A stretch of DNA of 64,000 nucleotides from Leucoraja ocellata (lineage: Eukaryota), in NCBI GenBank assembly GCA_036785375.1, contig JAWMAR010000165.1, forward strand, positions 3,162,001-3,226,000, in the 5' to 3' direction. The notes under the pieces were generated by a model that saw only the letters and a program-made list of their open reading frames with translations, was not told the origin of the DNA and did no database searches. Shown in pieces: positions 11,601 to 26,600 of the stretch. Numbering within the stretch: position 1 is the first letter of the stretch; each line of letters opens with the position of its first letter. The translations under genes and the position numbers were made by a program.

Positions 11601-14600
11601 CCGAATGGCATAATTGTGCTCTTATCGCATGGACATATGATCTTGTGTAACTTTAAGGCCCGGCGTCCTTGCGGCACTGAGTTGATGAAGTAGGGGTTGG
11701 CCTGGCCAAGCGTGATGCTGGCAGCACCTTCCACCGCCGCCCCGTGCAACTGCAGGGCCTCCCGCAGCCGCCTCAACCTCCCGGGAAACGAGCTGATGCC
11801 CCCCGCAATCACCCACCCCCTACCCCCTCCCATGCGCCGAGGTTGACGTGCCGCACTCGAGGAGCAGCAGGTTGACCGCGAGGCTTCATGGATGAGAGAG
11901 GGAGACCTCTCCCCAAGGTGGGGGAGGTCCAATGACAGGCCGCTTACAGTAACAACTGCCCCTCTCCTTCCATTCCCGCTATCCTGTGGTCAATGGGGAC
12001 ACAAGCCTTTACCCACGAGAACATAGCTATAAGATGAGCAGGGGGGGGGATATTTTATGGCAGTGCGGGCGTTGCGAAGGCAGCGTGCGGTGAAGTGGCG
12101 ACCAGTTGCAGGGCATACTGGCCAGACCTCAGCTGCACTGTAGTAAACCTCCAGATTCAAAAGGTGGACTCATCTAAGTCGAGCGACAGTCAGCCCTTTC
12201 TGCCATTTCAGTTACAGTTCTGGCATTCAGCACATTATAGCTCAGCACAACAGCAGAGGTTGAAAACTGGAAGAACCAGGTTGTGAGGGATGCCTGCAGT
12301 TGCCTTATCAGGGCCACCTATCTCTGCATAACTATAGATGAGTGCTCATGTTCCAGAATCATAATTCAGAGCATTGAAATAACTCGCGTATCAAAACTGT
12401 TTTTTCTCAGTAAAGCCACACACCTTGGCTTCTGTCTCACTTCACTGCCTGCTGCTGATAGCTGAGCTCCATGTCAGTCTGTGGAGTGGGGCTGCCACAC
12501 CGCACTCTCCATCTGCACCCGTACCACACATACCTCTTGCCCACATACAGCTTTTATAGCTAGGTCAGGCCATATTTGGAGTAGTGTGTGGAGTTCTGGT
12601 CTCCCCCATTACAGGAAGGATGTGAAGGTTTGGGAAAGGGTGTAGAGATGGTTTACCAGAAGGCTGCCTGGTTTGGGAGTTTCGGCGACAGGGAAACGTT
12701 GTACAGACTTGGATTGTTTTCTCTGGAATGTCAAAGGTTGCAGGGAGACCCGATAGAAATATATAAAAGTATGAGAGGCATAGATTGGGTAGACGGTCAT
12801 AAACTTTTTCCCAGGGTGAAAATATCAAACGCTAGAGAACGGAGCCATAAGGTGAGAGGGGGATATTTAATGGAGATGTGTGGGGCAAGTTTTTTTACAC
12901 AGAGGATGATGGGTGCCTGGAACTTGCTGCCAGGGGCGGTGGTGGAGGCAGATACGACAGTGACGTTGAAGAGGTTTTTATATAGGCACATGGAAGTGCA
13001 GGGAATAGAGGGAGTTGGATCATGGACAGGCACATGAGATCAGTTTGACCTGGCACCCTGGTCGACACAAACATTGTTACCTGTAGGAGGGAATTTTGTC
13101 CTATTTATAGCACAGAATTCCCTCCTACACGGCCCGTCCTGTGCTGCATGCTCTCTGTTCTAGGTGGGCAGTCAGGTCTCTCTGCTCCCACACCACAGCC
13201 AGCCCTTGCCCGGGACTTCACTGTGACTGAGGGCAGGAGAGGTCTAGGCTGGCACTAGCGCTGGTGGGAGAGCTGCCTGCCAGGTATGGTGGAAGGGGTC
13301 TCTGTGCCCCGTCACTGTGCTGAATCCACCCACCAGGAGGTCGCCCAGGGGACAGGTGGACAACAGAGCAGCAGCACCCAGACTTCCCCGGCACTGTCCC
13401 TCCAACCACAACCTGGGACCCCACTATGCTTTCTCCCTGCGGTTCCTGCTCTTCTCTCCCTGGGCCCCTGCTCACTCCATCCTGGGCCCCCACTACCGTC
13501 TTCCTGGGGCCCACGCTCCGTCACCTAACGCGTCGCTCCCCATCACGCTCACATCATCACCAGACTGGTCACTGCAGACTCACGGAGGTACTCACGCCAT
13601 GGACTCTCACCCACCCCACACCCCCACCCCACACACATACCCTCACCCTACACCCCCAAACCCCAACCCACATCACACACACACCCCAACCCCACCCCAC
13701 ACACACACCCCCACCCCACACACACACACACACCCACACCCCCACCCCACACATCCCCACCCCACACACATCCCCACCCCAACCCCACCCTACACACACA
13801 CCGCACCCCACACACACACACCCACCATCCACATCCCCACCCCACACACACCCCCCACCCCACACACCCTTGGCCGTCAGACCCTTAACTCATTCACCAC
13901 TCCCACATCCATATCCTGGAGAGTGCTCCCTTGTACATATCCTCTTTCCGATAGTCCAGCATTGCGTTACTACAGATTTCACCACAAGCACTGTTTTGCA
14001 TTTGCCGTTGTTGCTTTATCTTTCATTATCATGGACACCATCTAATCTACAAACTTTGTGCTAACAAAGAATTCCATTGCATCCTGTTTTACGTGAAAAT
14101 AAAGTAATCTAATTTCATCTGAAAGAGACCAGTGAATTAACTCTCTGCTGTACATTACCCCTCGTGTTAGTCAGTGGGAAAAGAGTCAAAAGGGAGTTGG
14201 TGAACACGAGAGAGATAATGTATGGAGATGGGGAGAGGGGTAAATGGAACCGATGGGTGCTAGCATGGAGCTATGGGCCAACTGGCCTGATGTAACATTA
14301 TATGCAAATAAGTTTATACTTACCGTCAAAGATCTTCGTAACTTCTTGCCTTATTAACCTCTTGATCTCATCGAAATTAATAGCTTCAGCCTAATGGGAG
14401 GAACGGGACCGTTGTGTTAGTTCCAGCACGTGGCCGTTGAGTAATGATGCACCCAGATAAAGACGTGTTGCTGGGAATACTGTGTGCTGGAATTGTACCC
14501 TGGTTAGGAATTCTGGCCTTGTAGCTTTGCCATACGTTACACAGAGTAAAACTGGTGGTATCATGGACAGTGAACAAGGTTATCTACAATTGCAACGGGA

Positions 14601-17600
14601 TTCCGATCAACTGGGCCAATAGGCTGAGGAATGGCAGATGGAGTTTAAATCAGATAATTGCGAGGTGTTGCATTTTGGTAGGACAGACCAGGGCAGGACT
14701 TACACAGTAAATCTAGGGTCCCGGAGAGTGTTGTACAACAGAGAGACTAAGGAGTACTGGTACATAGTGAAGAAGACTTTTGGCATACTTGTGTTCATTG
14801 GTCATGGTATTTAGCACAGGAGTTGGGACGTCATATTACAGTTGAACAAAATGTTGGTAAGGCCACATTTGGAGTACTCTGTACAGTTCTGGTCACCCTG
14901 GTAAAGGGAGGATGTCACAAAAGATACAGGAATGGTACTGGATTTGGAGGGTGTGAGATGTAAGGAAAGGCTGGATAGGCTAGGACTACTGTTCCCTAGA
15001 GGAGGAGCACAGGAGGGTGAGGAGTGTCCTTATAGAGGTGTATAAAATCATGAGGAGAATGATGGATAGGGTGAATGCAGAGTCTTTTACCCAGCGTAGT
15101 GGAATCAAGAACCAGGGGACATTGGTTTATGGTGAGAGGTGATTGAGAAGCAGCTGCTGCACACAGACGGTGGTGGGTACATGGGATAAGCTGCCAGAGG
15201 ATGAGGTAGAGGCGGGTAGCACTCCTTACCCCAGCTCCTGGTGTTCCTGGGATTCCAGGAGTGCCGGCAGGTCCTGGGGTTCCGGGGTGTCCTCGTTCTC
15301 CCCGTGCGCCGGGGGCACCAGGTTGTCCAGGCAGCGCCATGCCGCTGCTCTTTCCCAAGCCTCCCATGGAGATCCCGGGCAATCCACGCTGGCCCTGGGC
15401 TCCCTTTTCTCCTGCTCTTCCTGGGTCACCCTGCCGAGGGCAACAAAACGATGGAGAAGGCATCAGCAATTCACTCCCTGCTGAAGTTGCCGATACTTTA
15501 GTATAAAGATACATCATGAAAACAAGCCCTTCGGCCCACCATGTCCGCGCCGACCAGCGATCCCCGTACACTCACATTATCCTGAACAAATTAACAATTT
15601 TTACCAAAGCCAAATAACCTACAAATAACCTACCTGTACGTTTTTGGGGAGTGGGAGGAAACCGGAGCACCCAGTGAAAACCCACATGGTCACAAAGAGA
15701 ATGTACAATCTCCGTACCGACAGCACCTGTAGTAAGGATCGAACCAGGGTCTCTGGTGCTGTAAGGCAGCAACTCTACCGCTGCGCCACCGTGCCTCTCC
15801 GCAACGTTCCTGGAAGCTGTGTGTTGGTTGTGCGAGTTGTGCTGTACGTGATCCGGGCCAATACCTGCACACATGTGTGCATCATCAAAGCCCTCAACAA
15901 CACGGTGCTCATTGGCTTCCCAACGTTCTTCCACCCTCAGCAGATGCACCGTGAGAATTTCTCCGTCCTAAGCATAACCGTGAGAATCGGGATAACTGGA
16001 CAGCCAGCCTCTCATTGAACTAAAGTTTGCAAAGCTGCAATATATATTCATTTGAAAACATGGAAAATAGGAGGAGGCCATTCAGCTCATCAAGCCTGCC
16101 ATTCCATTCAATGCGATCATGGCAGATCGTCCACATTTAGCATCCAGTTCCTGCCTTCTCCCCATATCCCTCAATTTCTAACTGTAAAACACGAAGTGCT
16201 GGAGGAACTCAGCGGGTCAAGAAGCATCTGTGGCTGGAATGGGCAGATTACTTTTTGGATTGGGACCCTTCTTCACACTCAATAGATCGACCCAAAACAA
16301 CACATGCCCATTCCATCCACAAATGTAGCCTCTTTTGCAAATATCAATGTTTGAATTTAATTAATCCATGTTTTTTTCTCCATTGTAAATTATTTTTCTC
16401 TTCACATATCGATTGCTTTGACAGACAGTGTTTATGTTCTCTACAAACTTGCTATATATACACTGTCTTTCCAGAACATGGAAGAACAAAGCACAGGAAC
16501 AGTCCCTTAGGCCCACAGCGCCTATGTTGATCATAAAGCCAATTTCAACTGCACATCTGCATTGATTGATTGATTGACAGACATAGCATGGAAACAAGCC
16601 CAACGGCCCACATAGTCCACACTGACCATCAATCACCCGTTCACACTAGTTCCACTTTCTCATCCATTCCCTACACAGAGCCCAATTAACCTACAAGCCC
16701 GCACGTCTGGGATTTGGGAGGAAATCAGAGCACCCGGAGGGCACCCACACAGTTACAGGGAGAGCGGGAAAACTCCGCACAGATAGCACCAGAGGTCAGG
16801 ATCGAACTTGGGTCTCGGGCGCTGTGAGGCAGCAGCTTTACCACTGCGCCACTCTGCTGGACATCTGCCTGCATGTGGTTTATATCCCAGCTATATGAGA
16901 AATCATATTATTTGCAAGTCAACCCATCAAGCAATTACATAAAGCAGAGCATTTCAATCTGTGACTGAAGTAGTACTTAAATAACAGTGAATTCTTCCAA
17001 AAAAATTGAACTCTCCCTTTTCTCTTCCCTTCCTTAATTAATCCCTCTGTCCTACTTTGTTGAATTCTAAACAGCTCCAAGTCTCAGGGAGCCATGTGAC
17101 CTTTTCCACTTTATTCTAATACAAACCCCAATTCACTTTGCAAGCCGTGTTTTCACCATACCTCCTGCTTTATTTTTGCACCTGACAGGACTGAACTAAT
17201 GTTACAATTCATTTGTCTGTGATTTAAATACATGCCATTGCCTGGCTACTGACAACCCTTTCAGTAATATTCACCAATCCATCACATCCAACTCATGACT
17301 CATACATTTACAGCTTCCTTTATATAGATTTAGGGCCTTCATCTCCGAAACAAGCCCTCTTCATCTTACTGAAGAATGAAAAAAGGACATTTTTCCCAAG
17401 AGACCCTGTACAAGATGGTTAGTTAATCCTTTGGCATTTGCCAGCTTATTCTTTATTTGGTTCCTCAACATTTTGGTCCATTTTGCTTCTCTATATCATT
17501 ACTGTTCATTTGGTTTTCCCAATCTACAAGTAGGTCAACGTCACCCATGACTAGAGTTGTTCCCTTATTGCAGATCCTATTTATTCTCTCATAGGTGGTG

Positions 17601-20600
17601 CTGATCAGGATTTCCTGTCATTACACTGTAAGACATAGGAGCAGAATTAGGCCATTCAGCCCATCTAGTCTACTCCGCCGTTCGGTCATGGCTGATCTAT
17701 TTTTCCCTCTCACCCCATGCTTTGCCTTCTCCCAGTAATCTTTGACACCCTCACTAATCAAGAACCTATTAATCTCCGCTCAAAAAAATACCCAATGACT
17801 TTGCCTCCACAGCTGTCTTTGGCAATGAGTTCCACAGATTCACCATACTCTGGCTAAAGAAATTCCTCCCCATCTCCATTCTAAAGGTACTGTAGAAGGT
17901 CCTTTTATTCTGAGGCCATGTCTTCTGAGTCATAGAGCCACAGTGTAGAAACAAGCCCTTTGGCCCAACCTGCCCACACTGACCAAGATGCCCCATCTAC
18001 ACTCATCCTACCTGCTTGCGTTTGGCCCATATCCCGCTAAACTATCCTATACATACTCCTGTCTAAATGTTTCTTAAATGTTGCGATGGTACCTGCCCTC
18101 ACTACCTCCTCAAACAACTCATCCATGTGCCCACTATCCTTTGTATAAAGGTATCCTCCAGGTTCAAGAACAACTTCTTCCCAGCAACCATCAGGCTCTT
18201 CTATGAACTGTGCCTTTGGTTGCATTATAGACGTTCCAGTTAATAATTTATTTATTGAAGTTTTGATTATTATCTTTATCTGTGTGTATTGAGTTCACAG
18301 GCCTGTTAAGCTGCTGCAAGTAAAAATATCATTGTCGGTACATATGACGTAAACATTCTCGACCATTAATCTCCCCTCAACATCCCGGGTGCCCTTTGAT
18401 CTCATGGCTGTGCCTCTTACCTTTGGCCCTGGCTGCCCTGCCGTCCCAGCTGCTCCAGGTTGCCCCTAAGGAAGAAGCATAGTAATGATCACTGGTTGGA
18501 GATAAAGCTCAAAGATATGTGAAGGTTACATTGGATTGGCCTTTTTGTTGTAGTCATAGCCTAACTGCGGGATTACAAGAAAACTGGCTGTAAATGAGCC
18601 CGATAAAGGCATTGCACTTGAATTTGTTTTAGAATTCAAGAGACATGTAGCCCTTATCCAGCTGGGATATTGCACTTGCAAACAGAATTCTACCCTGCCA
18701 GTTGTTCACAGCCATGCTGTTCAATGCTGGGACCGGCTGCATTTGGGCTGTTGGTGAGAGTAAGGGCAGGCAGAGGAAAGGTTTCACACCACTGCTTCAC
18801 AGGAACTAGTTTCCCGGCAACGTCCCTTCCCCATCCTTCCCAACAACGAGGAGTGATAAAACCCCACCATCTCCCTTCACTCTCCAAACAGATAACTTCA
18901 GCTTGATGGGCTAAATGGCCTGATTCTGTTCCGAGAACTTATGAACATGATATAGAACATAGAACAGCACAGGAACAGATCCTTTGACACATAATGTCTG
19001 TGTTGAACATGATGCCAAGCTAAACTAATCTCCTCTGCCTTCACATAGAAGATAGGTGCAGGAATAGGCCATTCGGCCCTTCGAGCCAGCACCGCCATTC
19101 AATATGATCATGGTTGATCATCCAAATTCAATACCCCGTTCCTGCTTTCTCCCCATATTCCTTGATTCCGTTAACCCCAAGAGCTATATCTAACTCTTGA
19201 ATACATCCAGTTAATTGCCCTCCACTGCCTTCTGATTTTCCTCGTCTCAGTCCTTACACCTTATTCTTAAACTGTGACCCCAAGTTCTGGACTCCCCAAC
19301 GTCGGGAACATTTTTCCTGCATCTAGCCTGTCCAATCCCTTAAGAATTTGATATATTTCTATGATACCCTCTCCTCCTTCTAAATTCCAGTAAATATAAG
19401 CCTAGTTGATCGATTATTTTGTCGTTTACTCCGCCATCCTGGGAATTAACCTGGTACACTGCATTCCCTCAATAGCAAGAATACGTGATCCATATCCCTC
19501 CATTCCTTGGCTATCCTTGGCTATCCAAGTGCCAATCTATAAATCACTCAAGCACCACTACCGTATCTGCCTTCACCACCACCCCAGGCAATGTGTTCCA
19601 GGCACCCAATTTAAACTTTAAACTTTGCCCCTCTCACCTTGAATCTATGATCATTATCTTTGACATTTTCACCCTGTGAAAAAGGTACTGCTTTTGTAAT
19701 TTGATATACTTCTATCAGTCTCCGACGTTCCAGAGGATGCAATCCCAAATCTGCCCAACCTATAACATACACGAGCCTATTTCTGGCAGCTTACCTCTTT
19801 TCCCGCTGGGCCATCTTCGCCAGGCTCCCCCTGAAACAATGGAAGAAAACAGACAACAGTCAGCGGGGGACATGAAGTTCTGTTACATGCTTTGAGTCGG
19901 GTAGCGTGTGGGGAGGGAATAGACAGACGACGTTTCAGGTCGAGACCATTCTCGTTTTGGAGCAGTTTCATCGACGCTCTGTGTACGTTTTTCCACTACC
20001 TTCCCTCTCACTGCTGACTTGCTCCATTGATGGTGGGGGCCCACACATACTAGCACCACCCTTGGGCTGGGCAATGAGCCTGACAGTGCAGGGAGGCCAT
20101 GCAGGGGAGCAGTGTGAACGAGCTAGTGTCTCGTTGCTAGCCGTGCACACTGGGACAATGTCTCCTCGGGGCCCAGGGAGCATCCGGCACATACCAGGCC
20201 CTGCTCACACTACAGTGTTAACAAGCACAAAGCCTGAACCAGCCTCAAGAGCATTGGAAATGAGACATGGGGCTTATGCTTATATGTTCAGAGACTGGTG
20301 AACACTGCCCGGTCCATCGCAGGTAATGACCTCCCACCATTGATGCGAACTACAGTTGTCGCTGCCTCAAAAAGGTATCCAGCATCATCAAAGACCCACA
20401 ACACCCTGGCCACGCTCTCATTTCACTTCTGCCTTCAGGCATAAGGTACAGGAGTCTGAAACCCGTAACCTCCAGGTTCAAGAGCCACTTCTTCCCAACA
20501 ACCATCAAGCTCTTGTCACGGCACTAACCTCAGCAACTAAAAACATTTATGGACTGTGTCACAGAGGTAAAGGAGTATGAAAACTGTGACCTCTGGGTTC

Positions 20601-23600
20601 AAGCACAGCATCTGTTACAGGGAATACTGGAAATTCAATAAAATTGTGCAAGTTTGAAATCTGTTTAATCCAATTTGTTTACATACAGGAGAGTCATGAT
20701 GGGAATATAACTTAAAGGTCATGTCAGCAGAGGCAATATGTAGATTTAGGGAGTATTTAGATTACAACACACAAGTAGCTGAAGTAGAGAAACGTAGGAA
20801 GTTGTGAACCAGGCAGAGGGCAATAAAACTGACCATGAGATAAGCAAAGTCACATTATGAAACCCATCTGCAAGATAAGTGGGAGAATTGTTTTCTAATG
20901 AAGAGGGAACAGAAAGTTGAAAGTTGATCACTGATGAATCATTTAAAAACTGTAATATCTGCATGGTGTGGAACATGTTGTGTGAATCAGGAAACACTTT
21001 GGGTCCCCTTATTCTTGAAGTCAGTTTATTCAAGGCCTTGAATAAACCGACTTGTTCAAGAAATTCACCACTGCCTAAGGAGGATTTCTCTGTGTAGATG
21101 GGAGAAGAGGGAGTAGGCAAGGTGAGACTGGTCCTTGATTATGCTGGTGGCCTTGCCAACGCTGCGTGAAGTATGGATGGAGCCAATGGAAGGGAGGTTA
21201 TTTTGCGTGATGGACTGGGCTGCATCCACAATACTCTGCACTAATATTGTGGTTAGTATTTTATTTAATTTGGTTGTAAAATTGTGGTTGCTCATTTATT
21301 GTTTTGTTCATTACATATCATCTGTGAGTATTGTGTTACAGGTATGTTATGCTGCAGCAAGTAAGAATGCAATTGTTCCACTATTGGTACACACAAGTAA
21401 ATACTCTTGACTGACACAAAAATCTGGAGTAACTCAGCGGGTCAGGCAGCTTCTCTGGAGACAAGGAATAGGAGATGTTTCGGGTCGAGACCCTTGTTTT
21501 GTCTGTCTGGTTTAAACCAGCATCGGTAGTTCTGCACAACACAAATACTCTTGACTTTTGAAAGCCCAGTTGCCTGCACCAGGTAGTGTAAGGATTTCTC
21601 AGAAGAGTGTTCCCCATAGATCTTTCCCAACACAAGTGAGCAGTGTTGTGTGTACATCGCGACGATGGTGAATCGTCGGCCCATTGGTCCAGCTGAGAGG
21701 GGGGTGAAGATGGGGTGAGAGTCTCCTCACCCCCAGTCTCGCAGAATGTCGGGGAATGTCGGGGTGTAACCCACCATGATTCCCGGTGCACCGGGGGATC
21801 CGGGCATGCCGGCCAGGCCGAGTAGCCCTCTCTCTCCCATCGCTCCTCGTTCACCCTTCGCTCCCTGCAAACAGGCAATCAGAGAACAACAACTGTAACA
21901 GGCAGGAGGGTTCACTATGGCAGGCCTGGTGGTGAGGAGGGAGGGGGGGTGAAGGGGGCCAGAATAGTGGGGTCAGGGGCAACGGGGGAGAAGGATACAC
22001 GGACTGGCGTAACGAGGTGGGGGAGGGGCGAGAGAGGCGATACCGGAATGGGGTAAAGAGGAGGGATGGACCGGGATAATGAGAGTGGGCCACGAGAGGA
22101 TAGGGGTAAGGAGTGGGGTAACGGCAGTGAGGGAGCGCAGGTATTGATCCCCGCCGTATTGCCACAACTCACCATTCCCGGTGGTCCCACGGGCCCCGGA
22201 CTTCCTGGAGTTCCGGCTGTGCCCTGGGAAGGAGAAGGAGACGTCACTCACACAAGGCCATTGGCTGACTTAGCGACACACTGCTCATTGGCTGAGAGCT
22301 TATGGCCAGGGTTACAGAATCCTGCCGGCTCATTGGCTCATGCATCCCGCTCGGTCATGCACCTTGCACACACATGCATGTCACAATGACGTGTATCCCA
22401 GCGAGGACATGTACCCCACAAACCCCTGGGGATGGGGGGGCTGAAAGCCCAACACACCTCTTGGTGACATCGGGTCAGTGACACGGGCATTGTATGAGCC
22501 CGGGGCTTCCCCTGCTCCTTGCTTCCCTTCAAGCCTCTCAATCCCCAGCAGGCAGGTTGGAGCTCTGGGGGGGGGGGGGGGGGGAGGGGGGAAGAGAAGC
22601 CACTGCTCCGTTTTACCAGGCTCACAGAGGAGATGAGCTTTAAGGAGGCTGAGCTGGTAGAGCTGCTGCCTCACAACACCAGAGACCCGGGTTCGATCCT
22701 AACCTCAGGCACTCTCTGTGTGGCGGTTGCACGTTCACCCTGTGACTCCTGTGTGCTCTGTCTGGGGGCTCCAGTTTCCTCCCACATCCCAAAGACATGC
22801 GGGTTTGTAAGGCCTCTGTAAATTGCCCCTAGTGTGTGGGGAGTGGATGAGTAAGTACGATAACATATAACTAGTGTAAACGGGTGATCCATGGTCGGTG
22901 CGGAATGGGTGGGCCGAAGGGCCTGTTTCTGTGCTGCATCTCTGATCTTACAAAGCCCCCCGCAGTTGTCAGACCCCTGCCGGTCAGTGGCGGAGTGAGC
23001 AGCACAATACTCACCATATGCCCTGGAAGTCCCGGTGGTCCAGCAGGTCCCGGCGGTCCTGGCTCACCCTGCACACAAACACACAGTCATTCCTTCAGCC
23101 CCTCAGACCATGTCTCCACACAGGGTGGCTGAAGCCTGCGGCCCACAGGCAGGCTCTGCAATCTGGTTTCAGTGAGAGGGCTGCACGTACATCTCCTGGC
23201 ACATACACTGATCTCAAAGGTATTCTGTGGCTCTCATCAGTACAAGGGCCTCTTCACGTAGTCACTCACGTGACTCCGAAGTAAAATTATATTGGCATCA
23301 TGTTTGGCACATACATTTTGGGCCGATGGGCCTGTTCCTGTGCTGTGCTCTGCTGTTCCATGTTCCATATTCTAGAAGCTCTGTCAATGGTTTGACTTGA
23401 AAGGGAATCAACTCAATGTAACAAGGTATGAACAAGGAACTGCAGATTGAATCAGTCTATAGAAGGGTCCTGACCCGAATCATTACATATTCATGTTCTC
23501 CTGAGTCGCTCACTGTCCTGCTTAGTTACTTCATTACTCAGTCACGTCGCTGGACTCTGACGAGTCCTCAAGGCTGGGACTCAGACCTCTCTGTGTGACA

Positions 23601-26600
23601 TTGTCAGTGCTGCAGTGAAAGGCCGGCGTGGGTACGAGGAGCAGCATCTCATTCTCTGACTGGGTGGGAGTGAGTGTGGTCTTCACCAGCCCAGGGTCTG
23701 GATACACAGACTGTGAGGGTGGAGGGCAGAGAAGCAGTGGAAGGGCAGAGTGACCAGTCATCACAGGGTGTCCATACTTGCCTCAAAGCCTGGCCGTCCC
23801 GTTACCCCCGGCGGTCCCGTTGGCCCCCCTTCACCCTGCAAGAACGAGAGTTGTTACTGCTGGTCACTGCCGAACAAGCCTGGCCTGAGGGTGATGTCTG
23901 TGTGTGTGTGTGTGTGTGTGTGTCTGTGTCTGTGTCTGTGTCTTTATGTGTGTGTATCTGTGGCCGTGTGCGTGGGTGTGTGCATGTGCATGAGTGCGTG
24001 TGTGTGTCTGTATGAGCGTGTGTTTGCATGAGTGTTTGGGTGTGTGTATGCGTGTGTGTGTCTGTGTGCTAGTGTGTGTATCTGTATGTGTTTAGATGTG
24101 TATGTATACTGAGTCCGGTGCTAAGTGATGAATATACCGAGCTAATATACTGAGCTACACTCTCACGCATACAAATATACTCTCACACACAGTGAAATAC
24201 AGCCACAGACACACACACGCAGACATACATTCACATACACACACACACACACTCATACATACACAGGCACACACACAAGTAGATACACATACACACTCAG
24301 GCACATACACACCACCATAAAAGGCACCTTCACCCTGACACAACACATGCGTACTCATGAACATGGCTGATGTGCATGTACCCATCGGTACCCACCACAC
24401 CCCGACACCTACCCTCATTCCAGGTAGCCCGGGGAGTCCTGGCTTTCCTTTAAAGCCCTGTGGAAAGAGAGAGACCAGTCAGAGTGTTTCCATGACCCGG
24501 GCATTGCACACACCCTCGGCCCCGCACACCCTCTCCCGCCTGTTCGTACATCCGCCGCCCATCCTTGGAGCTCCGCTCTCCCTCCCGGCCACTGGGACCT
24601 CGCTGGCCCTCTTCAAACGCCGGGGTGTGAAGGCTGCCAGCACTGCTGGGGAACTCCTGGTGGGTGGCACAGGGTGGATAAATGGCCCCCTAATGTGTAG
24701 GGAGTGGATGAGAAAGTGGGATAACATAGAATTGGCGCGAACGAGAGATCGATGGTCGGTGTGGACGCAGTGGGCCGAAGGGCATATTTACATGCTGCAT
24801 TTTTCAAACTACCACTTCATTATTCAAGTTTATCCAATTGGTGTTATGAAAACACGTTATATTAAAATTATCAGTGCTGAAAACCAAGCCAGGAGACATG
24901 AGCAACTGCAGATGCTGTATTTTTGTGTGGAACACTAGGTGTCGGAGTAACTCAGCCAGTCAGGCAGCACCTCTGGGGGACACGGACAGGTGATTCTACA
25001 GGCCGAGACCCTCCATAGGCCAGGCGAGATGATGGCCCGGTACCCGGTGATGGTATAGGTACTTACATGTCCGCCTCGGATTCCCGGTGGTCCGTGGGGG
25101 CCAACTTCTCCCTGCAAGACAAAGTCACTGACTTCAGGATCTCTACCCACTGACTGACAGACCAGCACAACATGGGATGCGAGTCATGACCTACCCGGGC
25201 ACCTGGCTTCCCGTCCTTCCCATCGAGGCCTTGCACTCCGGAGGGTCCCTGCGCACAGAGAGGAGAGCAATGTCAGCAGTCACTGCAGCTGGGCAGAAGA
25301 CGGTCAATGTGAGCCCTCCCCTCCCCGTCCCAGTCACACACGCCATCCCACCATCTCCTCCCCATCCCACAGTCACACACTCCACCCCACAGTCACACAC
25401 TCCACCCCCCACATACACACACCCCGTCGACACTCAAACACTGACACGAGGCATGGACACAGTCTGTCTTTAAATGGTCGGCATCACCATATCAGGATTG
25501 AAGCAACAGCTGACACAACAGTGGAGCCAAGCCCACCTTCATTGACGATGAGGGCTGGACAACACCATAGACATAGAAACATAGAAAAATAGGTGCAGGA
25601 GTAGGCCATTTGACCCTTCAAGCCAGCACCACAATTCAATATGATCATGGCTGATGATCTAAAATCAGTCATGACACCCCCAACATCAGGAACATGTTTC
25701 CTGCATCTAGCCTATCCAATCCTTTAAGAATGTTATATGTTTCTAGAAGATACCCTCTCATCCTTCTAAATTCCAATGAATAAAAGCCAGTCAACCCATT
25801 CTTTCATCATATGTCAGTCCCACCATCCTGGGAATTAACCTGGTGAACCTATGCTACACTTCCTCAATAGCAATAATGTCCTTCCTCAAATTAGGTGACC
25901 AAAATTGCATACAGTACTCCAGGTGCAGTCTCACCAGGGCCCTGTTCAACTGCAGTAGGACTTCCTTGCTCCTGAACGCACATCCTCTCGCAATGAAGGC
26001 CAACATGCCATTAGCTTTCTTCATTGCCTGCTGTACCCAATGCTTAATTTCCATGATTGATGTACAAGCACACGCAGGTCTTGTTGCACCTCCCCTTTTC
26101 CTAATCGGACACCATTCAGATAATAATCTGCCTTCCTGTTCTTGCCAGCAAAACGGATAACCTCACATTTATCCACATTATACTGCATCTGACATGCATT
26201 TGCCCACTCACCCAACCTATCCAAGTCACCCTGCAGACTCATAACATCCTCATCGCAGCCCACACTGCCACCCAGCTTTGTGTCATCCGCAAACTTGGAG
26301 ATGTCACATTTAATTCCCTCATCTAAATCATTTATATATATTGTAAATAACTGGGATCATAGCACTGAGCCTTGCGGCACCCCACTAGTCACTGCCTGCC
26401 ATTCTGAAAAGGACCCGTAATTTCCTACTCTTTGCTTCCTGTCTGCCAACCAGTTCTCTATCCATGTCAATACCCTACCCCCAATACCATGTGCTCTAAT
26501 TTTGCACACTAATCTCTTGTGTGGGACTTTATCAAAGGCTTTTTGAAAGTCCAGAAACACCACATCCACTGGCTCTCCCTTATCCATTCTACTTGTTACA

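Noticed and set aside
13312-13524. Gly/Pro-rich minus-strand ORF resembling a decayed collagen exon
   Set aside because: No sustained Gly-X-Y periodicity, weak splice sites, and the flanking exons already join in frame.
13317-14064. Long His/Pro/Thr-rich ORFs (also 37094-37859, 58208-58972, 59248-60003)
   Set aside because: They arise from stop-poor low-complexity tracts and show no coding signature.
15720-15795. tRNA-like sequences
   Set aside because: They are SINE heads continuous with the SINE body; no complete cloverleaf is evident.
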